Assembly (NCBI GenBank): GCA_034780895.1
Contig: JAUZTB010000066.1
Span: forward strand, 13,585,387-13,649,386
Direction of reading: 5' to 3'
DNA length: 64,000 nt
Origin: Rhynchobatus australiae
Lineage: Eukaryota
A model generated the notes under the pieces. It did no database searches, was not told the origin of the DNA, and saw nothing but the letters and a program-made list of their open reading frames with translations. The position numbers and the translations under genes are program-made. This document shows, in pieces, positions 39,401 to 51,400 of this stretch. Each line of letters begins with the position of its first letter. The first letter of the stretch is position 1.

Positions 39401-42400
39401 GAAGAACTGTTTTAATATTGTTCTTCAACAATATTGCAATTTTAACATTCAGGATTCTTGCATGCATATTTGTGGGCTTCACGATAAATTTACAATGAGG
39501 TTAAATTAAGTGCAGTTACATAAATTACATTTTCCTGTAGTGGCTGATGTATTTAGCAGTATTTATAATACGTGGATTGCTTGCATAACATTTAAACAAG
39601 ATTTAACATACAATTTTTTTAAAGTTTGAATGATACTGAAATTTCTCTAGTGATTACTTGAAAGTAGTTCTGATCACAACTAAAAGAACCTTAAGAAATC
39701 AACTTCTCTAGGAAGATCTGCCTTTGTGTTGCCCACTGTCTACTTCGGGGAAATGGTGAATAACTCTAGGTGTAGAGTATTACTTCTGTTATAGTTTTTT
39801 GATTCAGCAATGCTAGCTGGGAGGTGTACCTTCTACAACCTACAAATCAGCAAAAATTTACAATTCTGAGCTCCATGTTGCTCTACCAGCCTACATATTG
39901 GCAGTGGGAGCTGCGTCTGGCCTTGGGCAAATATAGCATCAATAAACAGGTTCAGTTATTCTACAAAATGACAATATAGTTTCCAAAGTTACAGCAACAA
40001 CATTTTGAAGATTCTCGAATCAGGTTTATAAAGGAATTCTCTGGTTTTCAAATTTCAGAATATTTCCCCTCCCCCAAAAACATTTGGCTTGGTNNNNNNN
40101 NNNNNNNNNNNNNNNNNNNNNNNNNNNNNNNNNNNNNNNNNNNNNNNNNNNNNNNNNNNNNNNNNNNNNNNNNNNNNNNNNNNNNNNNNNNNNNNNNNNN
40201 NNNNNNNNNNNNNNNNNNNNNNNNNNNNNNNNNNNNNNNNNNNNNNNNNNNNNNNNNNNNNNNNNNNNNNNNNNNNNNNNNNNNNNNNNNNNNNNNNNNN
40301 NNNNNNNNNNNNNNNNNNNNNNNNNNNNNNNNNNNNNNNNNNNNNNNNNNNNNNNNNNNNNNNNNNNNNNNNNNNNNNNNNNNNNNNNNNNNNNNNNNNN
40401 NNNNNNNNNNNNNNNNNNNNNNNNNNNNNNNNNNNNNNNNNNNNNNNNNNNNNNNNNNAATCTTCACTCCAAATGAAATTGCAGATACTGTATTACTAAT
40501 ACACAAGATAACAGGCATGTGGCAAAGTATTTTCAATATTATCAAATAATTAAGATTGGTTATAAGCTACATCTTTAGGCCAATTACCCATAGTCAATCA
40601 CCACCACAACACTAATCACACCATTTAGGAATTGGAGTTATCTTTTAAATTGTTTCAAGAAGAACACAGGGATGGAACTTTAGTTCTTTTACACTTAACG
40701 TGTTTTAAATTTGGCAGTTTCATGACTTGCAGCATTCAACTATAGCAACATCTCTAATTAAGTGATAACATTTTCAGTTATAATCTAACCACCTTATAGT
40801 CATACTACATTTATATTAATGTTTCTGACACTTCATTATTTCATGAGATGTCTTCTCCCCCTACCACCAGTAGATGAAAAGCAATTATTATTTTTCTTGG
40901 ATATAGGCGATTCATTTTAATACAGTTAGCCTTCAGAGTGTGGAGAGTCTTTGGTGCCAAACNNNNNNNNNNNNNNNNNNNNNNNNNNNNNNNNTTGTCT
41001 AAAGAAACAGACTACAGCTGGAACCAATTAAGACATTAAGGACTAAAAACAACAAATTCCTTTCAATTTGGGGGTTTTCTTGCAGCATGGAAGGATATTA
41101 AAAAATGAAAGTAGGAAAAATGGAAAGAATACCTGAGAATTAGAGAGGAATAACATGTTCAGTGCAGAAGAATACAGCATCCAGGGGGTCAGATAATGGC
41201 ACGTCTGACCTTTTGCTCTGTACCAAACTTCCCATTAAGTCAAAGGGTGCTCCACAGGTTACCAAGCTGAGGTAATGATATACTTTGTATCTGGCCCCTC
41301 GTCTTTACACTAGCCAGAGCTACTGCATCAAGTACAAACCCATTAAGATGTTTACCTGTTTTTTTAGATTTTTCATTATTTCAATGTATATTTATTAACA
41401 ATTAGGTTTTTAAATTAAAAAATCAAATTAAAATTGCTTTAACTATTTTAAATGTGTCAGATGTTTTGGGGACAGCAGCCTTAGGCTTCAATATGTCAGA
41501 TGTGTTTGGGGGCAGGAGCCTTAGGCTTCAATGACAAGAGCTCACTCTAACCAAGGAATACCCATGGAACGGAGGCCAATGCCTCAAGATTGTGGTGGGC
41601 CTTATGACAGCAAAATTTTGATGTAGCAGGGGGCCAGGGTGGGAGTTTCACAGAATCCAGCCCATCGGTGTAATATTATCGCATATTGCAGTCATGATAA
41701 TCTTTAAATATGACAATATGCAGAAGATTTTATAAAACAAATGGCCACATGGTCAGGCAAAATCTGAAGTACCCTGGCAAAGTTAGACCATGACAAATTC
41801 TATGCAGGTACTTCATTTAGTTAATCAATTTAAAACATCAATTCAAGCACAAGTATTTTAAGTACCTGGTTACTGAGGTTAGGGTGGATGTTGCAGTTTG
41901 GCAAGAAATAAATCACAGGCAAGTAATACAGAGAAGCAATGTTCTAAGTTTAGGTAATATTGGCATGCTTCGTAAACAAATGGAAGATCTAAATTAATGA
42001 AAAATACCTCTGGGTCATGCATTTTTGCCGTGTTCTATTTTCCAAGGAATGCAAAGGAGGAAAAACAGGAAAATCTGTTAGAATAAGCAACCTGTGAGAA
42101 CCTAAGAATATTTGTGGGTTATTTGTTACTTTCAGGTCTAAACACATTCATTCTTTGAGACATGGATAGATTAGGGTAAAAAAAACCTCTTCATTCAGTG
42201 CTATTCTATTGTTGCATCACTGTTGAAAATAATAAAAAGGTGACACGTGGGCAATTTCTTCAACAAAATACTGGTGTGATTAGTTGCATTACCATTTGTG
42301 TTTAAAAAAATAATCTAATCACAACCAAAGCTCATCATCCATTTCATTTGCACCATAGAGCAACAAAGTACACTGCAAACTTACTCTATTTTATTCACCT

Positions 42401-45400
42401 AAACTTTAGTTCATGTGCAATGCAAACATATTTAGGTTGGTAGTGCATTGCCTAAGTGAGACCATTAGAATTTTCAAAGCCATTTATATGAATAGAGCTT
42501 TAAAAAGTCAGAAAAAGTTAGGATGCTCAGGAAACTGTGGTATCATTAGAAACAATTGAAGTGTGGCAGGATAATAAATACACCGGACCTTTTTCTCCCT
42601 CCAATAATAACTCCTCTTGTTAAAATGTAACCAAATTATCAGTATGATCACGGGGAATTAATCTAAATTCATGGCCTATCTCCTTGCCCCTCCCCTCNNN
42701 NNNNNNNNNNNNNNNNNNNNNNNNNNNNNNNNNNNNNNNNNNNNNNNNNNNNNNNNNNNNNNNNNNNNNNNNNNNNNNNNNNNNNNNNNNNNNNNNNNNN
42801 NNNNNNNNNNNNNNNNNNNNNNNNNNNNNNNNNNNNNNNNNNNNNNNNNNNNNNNNNNNNNNNNNNNNNNNNNNNNNNNNNNNNNNNNNNNNNNNNNNNN
42901 NNNNNNNNNNNNNNNNNNNNNNNNNNNNNNNNNNNNNNNNNNNNNNNNNNNNNNNNNNNNNNNNNNNNNNNNNNNNNNNNNNNNNNNNNNNNNNNNNNNN
43001 NNNNNNNNNNNNNNNNNNNNNNNNNNNNNNNNNNNNNNNNNNNNNNNNNNNNNNNNNNNNNNNNNNNNNNNNNNNNNNNNNNNNNNNNNNNNNNNNNNNN
43101 NNNNNNNNNNNNNNNNNNNNNNNNNNNNNNNNNNNNNNNNNNNNNNNNNNNNNNNNNNNNNNNNNNNNNNNNNNNNNNNNNNNNNNNNNNNNNNNNNNNN
43201 NNNNNNNNNNNNNNNNNNNNNNNNNNNNNNNNNNNNNNNNNNNNNNNNNNNNNNNNNNNNNNNNNNNNNNNNNNNNNNNNNNNNNNNNNNNNNNNNNNNN
43301 NNNNNNNNNNNNNNNNNNNNNNNNNNNNNNNNNNNNNNNNNNNNNNNNNNNNNNNNNNNNNNNNNNNNNNNNNNNNNNNNNNNNNNNNNNNNNNNNNNNN
43401 NNNNNNNNNNNNNNNNNNNNNNNNNNNNNNNNNNNNNNNNNNNNNNNNNNNNNNNNNNNNNNNNNNNNNNNNNNNNNCCATTATTGCACACAGTCATTAA
43501 ACAATGAAATGCTTCACATCAACATATATAATTGCATTAAGGAAAAATTGCGCTTCTGGCTTTTTTAAATCCCCCAGAATGAGCATTCCAAACATATTCT
43601 TCCCACAAAGATTGCCTTATTGAAAATTCTGAGAAATTGAAAAAAGCTTTTGTTTGCATACATTCTCAACCACTTAAAACCGTAGGAACATTTTTCAGCT
43701 ACCTCAAAAGATTATTCAGATCACATATCAGACACAAAGTAATTAAAATATACAGTAATACTTGCTAAAATCTTCAACAAAATTTTGATCGAAGTATGTA
43801 TTTTCAGAGATCGAAAGCNNNNNNNNNNNNNNNNNNNNNNNNNNNNNNNNNNNNNNNNNNNNNNNNNNNNNNNNNNNNNNNNNNNNNNNNNNNNNNNNNN
43901 NNNNNNNNNNNNNNNNNNNNNNNNNNNNNNNNNNNNNNNNNNNNNNNNNNNNNNNNNNNNNNNNNNNNNNNNNNNNNNNNNNNNNNNNNNNNNNNNNNNN
44001 NNNNNNNNNNNNNNNNNNNNNNNNNNNNNNNNNNNNNNNNNNNNNNNNNNNNNNNNNNNNNNNNNNNNNNNNNNNNNNNNNNNNNNNNNNNNNNNNNNNN
44101 NNNNNNNNNNNNNNNNNNNNNNNNNNNNNNNNNNNNNNNNNNNNNNNNNNNNNNNNNNNNNNNNNNNNNNNNNNNNNNNNNNNNNNNNNNNNNNNNNNNN
44201 NNNNNNNNNNNNNNNNNNNNNNNNNNNNNNNNNNNNNNNNNNNNNNNNNNNNNNNNNNNNNNNNNNNNNNNNNNNNNNNNNNNNNNNNNNNNNNNNNNNN
44301 NNNNNNNNNNNNNNNNNNNNNNNNNNNNNNNNNNNNNNNNNNNNNNNNNNNNNNNNNNNNNNNNNNNNNNNNNNNNNNNNNNNNNNNNNNNNNNNNNNNN
44401 NNNNNNNNNNNNNNNNNNNNNNNNNNNNNNNNNNNNNNNNNNNNNNNNNNNNNNNNNNNNNNNNNTTAATGCTGATGCTCAGAATTCCATCTATTTAGAA
44501 GAAAAAATGACCAATTGGAGTAAAAGGTTAAAAATATGACATTTAATGCTAGGTTGAATCTTTCTACAATTATGGTAAAACTCCATAATCTGCTTTCCAT
44601 TATTCAGAAATCCTTATGGTTCTACATCTGGCTCATTGGGTTTATAAACCCAGTGACCCTGTGTTTATACTCACCTGGGCTCCGTTTCCTGCACTCCCAT
44701 TAACCTCACCAGATTTTGTTCCTTATGTTCTCTTTAAAGACACTGGGTTTACTGGAAAATTTGTTATACTACTCCAGAACACCAAAAAAAATGAAGTGTG
44801 TTGGAGTGATAGGAGTAACATTTAGTTCCGAAAATCTGCTGATCCAACACCAAAGTTCAAAGTGTGCTGGTTTATTGAGTTTTACTGTATTAGTTTTTAA
44901 GATGCCAACAAATATCAAGTCAAAGGGTCCCTAATTTCAGCAAATCTTCAAATGTCTGCAGGAAGCAGAGAATTGGAAATGCAAACATATAGGTTTCACA
45001 AAATTTACAAGAATCGCAATTTTAATATATTTCTGTACCTCACATTGTGAATGCTCCAAAGTATAAGCTTAAATAATTGAAATGAATGAAAAGTAGACTG
45101 CATGGTGTGAAGGCAGTACTAAGCCAGTTTGTTACATTATGACTTGTTTATGCAAATAAATGAATCATTAGAATTGTTGTAAAATAATAAAAATCCTGTT
45201 AAATTGCTAATATCAAGTAATTGGGTGTACTCAAGTGGTATATTCCATAACTATACCAGGTGTGGCCACAGGACAATAGACATTTATTTTTCTTCATGCA
45301 GTTCTTGTTTGGAAGCTAAATTTTCTTCTTTCCTCAGTTTTCAATATTTTCTTTTATATTAGGTGGTTCTCAAAATTGTTTATCTTTTCCCAAACAGGAT

Positions 45401-48400
45401 CAACTTGTTAAACAGACAACAGGATAAATGTTTTCATTAAAGTCACCTCTTTAACTGAGGGAGCACATTAAAAAAAACTATATTACACCAAAGGAGGTGC
45501 CCACTCACTCCCAGCCACAATTGGCAATATTCTGAAATAGTAATTCACTTTGACTCTTCAAAATAGTCAGAAAATTTCACTTCAGCAATTTGATCTCAGA
45601 CTTCATTCTTGTGTTCTTTCTCCATTGATTAATAGGAGCATTAATGCTCAACATCTAGTAGGAGAAGAGAAACCTCAGGGAAACTATCCTATAATCCTAA
45701 GGGCAAAAGGGAGAGAAAGAATGAGGCCCAGGAGGTGAAGTGGAGAATTAGAGCTCTGACAAAAGATGGGATGAGAAAACAGAGGCTCTGTGGAAGGAGG
45801 AGGAGGGGCTAAACAATAGCTCTGAGGGAGGAATATTGGGGGGGGGGGGGCATGAGGGAGAGGTTCCAAGAGAGGAGGACTGTTGCATAAATAAGGGGAG
45901 CAGGTGAAGTAGTGAATATAGTGGTGAGAGAGAAGAATGAAAACGTGTGAATGGGGAGAGTAGTAACAGGCAAAACACTATAAAAATTTGAAATAAGAGA
46001 GTGTGTGTTGGATGGAGCAATGCCGTATGTGCTGAGGGGAAACTGGAAGAGATCATAATGTTAGGCACCAAAATGTGCATCAGTAGTGATAGGTCTTCTT
46101 TTCCTTCATGTAGCTGCTGCCTGCCGAAGTCTGAGGTAGCTAGCTGTTCCAACTGATACTTTGGAAAGAGCCCTATCCCATGGCTCTCAGTGGTTTGTAG
46201 GAGCGGCAACAGGGTCAGTTAAACTTTCAACCGAAAAGCATCTTGTCAACTGCTTCTGTAGCAGTTGGCTTTATTTTTGTTTGATTTTGAACCATTTTTG
46301 GCTCTCGGTTTTTAAATTCCTTTATTTAAATACCTTCAGGTTGCTTTACTGCTGAACCTCAAAATGTGTTCTTTGCTTCTGTGACTTTGGTTCCCATTTA
46401 GTTATGGGGCAAATTGCATCATCCTTTCTTCTGGTGCACAAACTGCTACTTATCTCATGATCCCCTTTAAAATCAAACTGGCTTCTTTCCACCCATGTTC
46501 CCATATCTCTTTTAACATGTCAACTTTAAATGCCATTTGCTATATTAGGTGCGTTTATGTACAAATTTATACTCACAGCACCCTCTACAGGTGCGAGTAT
46601 AACCCTGTTAAAATCAGTCACCATTTATACATAAACTATATTTTGTTCAAACATCGTACTATTATTTAGTTATATTATAACCTTGGCACTATTAAAATTC
46701 AACCTTCCAAAGTAAAATTAGATGAGCAACCTCAGTGTCAATTATGGCAATNNNNNNNNNNNNNNNNNNNNNNNNNNNNNNNNNNNNNNNNNNNNNNNNN
46801 NNNNNNNNNNNNNNNNNNNNNNNNNNNNNNNNNNNNNNNNNNNNNNNNNNNNNNNNNNNNNNNNNNNNNNATAGCAATGTGTTTGCTTATTAAATACCCT
46901 CTGAAAGCCCAAACTACTCAGTTGCTATAACATAACAAAAAACCTGGTGATGGCCTGGAGTTTGGATTCAACAGAAAGGGTCAGTCTGGCCCACACTGTG
47001 AAGTTCTCTTCAATTAGAGCTAAGTAGTTTTATTGAAATTGGGAGGTCTTTCAGAGATTTATCAAGCAAAAGCCTGACAAAGTCATAACTGCAAACTCAC
47101 ATCTTTCCGCAGTTAGGGAGATGCAGCTATAGTCAGAATATAAGATGCAAGATATAGTAGCCATCAATATAAACAAGAATCAACCTATGAATTGTTCAAA
47201 TCTAACAATAATTAGATTTGAAATTACAAAGACAGCTGCGTGAGCAAACACTGCCTCTGTGAAGTGGGCAGACTACCTGCTCACAGTGGAAGGCAACTCA
47301 AGAGATATGGTTTGGAAACTAACATGACTGTGAGACACTTTTGTACACATTGGACAAATGTAGACAAGAGAACCATGTTAATTGGCCTACATCAAACCTG
47401 GCCTCAGACAGAGTTGAGATATTTTACACCACTGCAAAAGAGATCAAGGTTCAAGACTGTATTTTGCCACATAGCACGTCAAGCATTGTCACAGGCATAT
47501 TTATTTTGTTAATCAATAACTGGGGTATTTATGCACCCAAGTCAGTCCTCACAATGCTGTAATAAAAGAGTACCTTGAGTGATTTGTCCTTTTAGAATAT
47601 TGGTGTGAACTACTTTGAATATTCAAAAAACTTGAGCAGTTTGTCTTGTCAGTTAAGATGTGCTCCCATTACATAAATGTAAATCTATAGAACTATTTAT
47701 CTACATCCAAAATATTGAAGTAAACCATGCAATTGTGACAATTGAAATTGTATTTAATCAAACTGATTTCACTCATTAATAAATGGAAAAACAATACATG
47801 CAGTAAAAGTTGATAACTCCCCAGCTGTATTGAAGACATAGCATTTAGAAAACCTACAGCACAATTCAGGCCCTTCGGCCCACAAAGCTGTGCCAAACAT
47901 GTCCCTACTATAGAAATTACTAAGCTTACTCATAGCCCTCTATTTTGCTAAGCTCCACGTAGCTATCCAAAAGTCTCTTAAAAGACTATCGTATCCACCT
48001 CCACCNNNNNNNNNNNNNNNNNNNNNNNNNNNNNNNNNNNNNNNNNNNNNNNNNNNNNNNNNNNNNNNNNNNNNNNNNNNNNNNNNNNNNNNNNNNNNNN
48101 NNNNNTGACCAGAACTGAGCACAGTACTCCAAGTGGGGTCTGACCCGGTCCTATATAGCTGCAACATACAGAACTAGCTGTGCCTTGAACAAATCAGCCC
48201 CAATACAGCTGCACAATCTAGAAATGTGGATAATTGCCCAGATAAATTAAATACACAAAAGGTAAGACGACCATCCAATCAGCTTACTCTCATTCATCAG
48301 CAAAACAATGAAAAATATTGTCAAAAGTGCTATCGAGCTGTATTCACTCATCAATAACTGGCTCAAATTATATTTTGTTTAATTGAACATGGGTCTACAG

Positions 48401-51400
48401 CTCATGAGAACTTATATCCAAACAATGCAGCTGAATTCCAAACGTGAGATGAGAGTGCCGCAGTCAAGGTGTCATTGGTCCCGAGTATATCATCAATAGA
48501 CCCAGTAAAATTGAAATTAACTGTAATCAAGCCAATCAATACCATTGGCTAAAGTGATTCTCAGCACCAAGAATAATGGTTGTGGCTCCCAGAAGCCAAT
48601 CACCTTAGCTTCAGAACATCATTGTTAAAATTCCTCAGGGTAGTGTCCTAGGCCCAATCACTCTCAGTTACATTGGAAAGGATGGTTTGAATGGGGATGG
48701 TGTAGTGGACAATATAGTGGTTAGTCCCATATATGGATTATGTACAGGTAGGAGAGCAAGTTGTGAAGAGGACCAAAAGGAGGCTACAAAGGATAGACTG
48801 AGTGAGTGGATGAAACCTGGTAAATGAAATACGTGGGGAAAATGTGAAAATGTCCATATTGGCAGAAAAATAAAAACATTAAATGGTAAGAGACTGGGTG
48901 TCTAAATGACTGCTTCGCAAAAAGCTAGCATGCAGAGCCAGAAGTAACAAGGAAAATTAACAATGCTATTGTTTACTGAGAGGAGAAATGAAATCAAAAA
49001 GAGGATTCAAAATGCTCCAGTTATATAGGGTATTGGAATGAGTACTGTATACAATATCAGGGATCTCTTTATTTAAGGATGAATGTAAGTACACTTGAAG
49101 CAGTTCTTGGGATTACTAGATAGATACTTGGAATGGGCAGATTGGTTTATGAGGAAAGGGTGGACAGGCTAGAGTTGTATCTGCTAGAATTTGGCAGAGT
49201 GAGAGCAGACTTGATTGAAATGTACTAGAATCTGACAGGTCCTGGCAGGTCAATGTAGAGAGATGGTTTCCTCGTGGGTGAACTGCCAGGAGGTTGCCCA
49301 TTCAAGACACAGGCAAAACTTTTTTTGTCATGAGTCTTTGAAACTCTCTACCTCAACCAACAATGGAAGCTAGTTTTTGTGTACATTTTAAAGCAGAAGT
49401 AGATCCTTGATAAACAATGGCTATCATGGGCAGATGGGGATGCAGTGTGGATACAATGATTAGATCAGCTATGATTTTATTAAATAGCAGAGCAGGCTCA
49501 AGGGATCAAGTGTCCTACTGTTCCTACCTTTTATGTTCTTCAGATAAGTGAGGCAGTTGGTTCCTGCATGAGAAGATAGCTAGACATTATCCAGCCATGA
49601 ACTGATAAATCGCAACTTAAATTTGCAAAGTGCCAGGCAATGACCATTTCCAAAAAGGGAACAGCAATAATCAATTTCTTGTGAAACGATGATCATTAAT
49701 TTCCTATCAAAAACTTTTGATTGGGGGGGAAAGGACAAAGAATTGTGGCAGATCACAAGCAGCAGAAAATGAACCAAACCAGCCAAACAATTACTTCAAT
49801 TCCAGACTTGCAATTACTTGGTAGGGAGAGGCAGCAGAAATGGAATACTTTCCACTTGCCTGAATAACAAACTACAATTCAAGAGGGCAACACTATCTTT
49901 AACCAAGCAACCCATGTGACCACACTCCACTCACCTAAATATACTCTCTCTCCATCCACATGGCTGCAGTGTTTACCATCCAGACATTTTACTTCCCAGC
50001 ACTACTTCAGCAGCTCAATCCAAGCTCCTACAAGTTTCCCTCCAAGCCAAACACCATCCTCATGTGGAAACAAATACTATTATTTGTCATCACTGGGACT
50101 AAGATCTCGGAATTCCCTACCTAATAGCACCGAGTATCAGCACACCGCTACCTTCTCAAACACAATTAGTGATGGCCATTAAATGCTGATCATGCCAGTC
50201 TTGCCCACATACTAAATATGAATCAAAGAATGTCCTTTTAAGCATAGATCCTGATATCCATGAGATAGAGAAGGGTAACACTTAGGAAGATGGAGATAAT
50301 CAATCAACTTCAAGATTCTCAGTTACACATACAGCCTCTCAAGTGCTTTTGCTAAAAATAATGTACATTGTACCTTAATAATTGCAATACTTTTATCATT
50401 TGAACATTTACTGGCAAAATTAGAAGCCAAGAGCCATATTATTGGTAATCGCATATTTACTGCATTGTGCATTTATGTACTACTCACTTTTGGAATGCAA
50501 TCAGCAGGATAACTTACCCTCATTATAGAAGAGCAACTGCGATGACAGTGCGAGACCTTTAGATCAAAAGGTCTATAAGATGGACTAACAGAATTATTAT
50601 CAAAACACCTTCACAACAAATTAAAATATACCAGAACTTAAATTGGTAGCCCCAATTTAACACAAAACTTCTTACCAAATTTGAAGTTACTCCAGACAAT
50701 CTTAGAAAGCAGCAGCTTGCAGACCACAACTCCAACTAAAGATAATCTGTATTTTGTAGTTTAGTTTCACATTTACATAGGCCTTGTTAATTAATTTTAA
50801 ATTTTTCTGTGTGGAGAAAAAAAAAACTAATCCCTGCCTGATCAGCAGGTGATTTGATCCCAGGCTCTGGACAAAGCTGCTTTTAACCTAGATGCTGGGT
50901 ATGGACATTATGCTAACAGAGATTTTATTTCCTGCATTGGAATGGCTTCACTGTTCTCAAACCAAATATGATGGTTGGCTTTAAATTTAAANNNNNNNNN
51001 NNNNNNNNNNNNNNNNNNNNNNNNNNNNNNNNNNNNNNNNNNNNNNNNNNNNNNNNNNNNNNNNNNNNNNNNNNNNNNNNNNNNNNNNNNNNNNNNNNNN
51101 NNNNNNNNNNNNNNNNNNNNNNNNNNNNNNNNNNNNNNNNNNNNNNNNNNNNNNNNNNNNNNNNNNNNNNNNNNNNNNNNNNNNNNNNNNNNNNNNNNNN
51201 NNNNNNNNNNNNNNNNNNNNNNNNNNNNNNNNNNNNNNNNNNNNNNNNNNNNNNNNNNNNNNNNNNNNNNNNNNNNNNNNNNNNNNNNNNNNNNNNNNNN
51301 NNNNNNNNNNNNNNNNNNNNNNNNNNNNNNNNNNNNNNNNNNNNNNNNNNNNNNNNNNNNNNNNNNNNNNNNNNNNNNNNNNNNNNNNNNNNNNNNNNNN

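Larger units (their letters stand above)
46950..50230 (+). mobile_element. Old deleted CR1/L2-clade LINE (endonuclease, RT and tail remnants) hosting two CR1 insertions
   Basis: aagcaaaagcctgacaaagtcata (KQxPDxVI), gaactagctgtgcc (ELAxP), caatcagcttactctca (ISLLS), cctcagggtagtgtcctaggccca (PQGSVLGP), aagtgccaggcaatgaccatt (KCQAMTI), tail gatggccattaaatgctg...gcccacat. Confidence 0.75.

Noticed and set aside
42669-44539. Long ORFs of 200-290 aa (also at 17966, 40048, 50908 and 52308)
   Set aside because: They consist of X residues from N-gaps.
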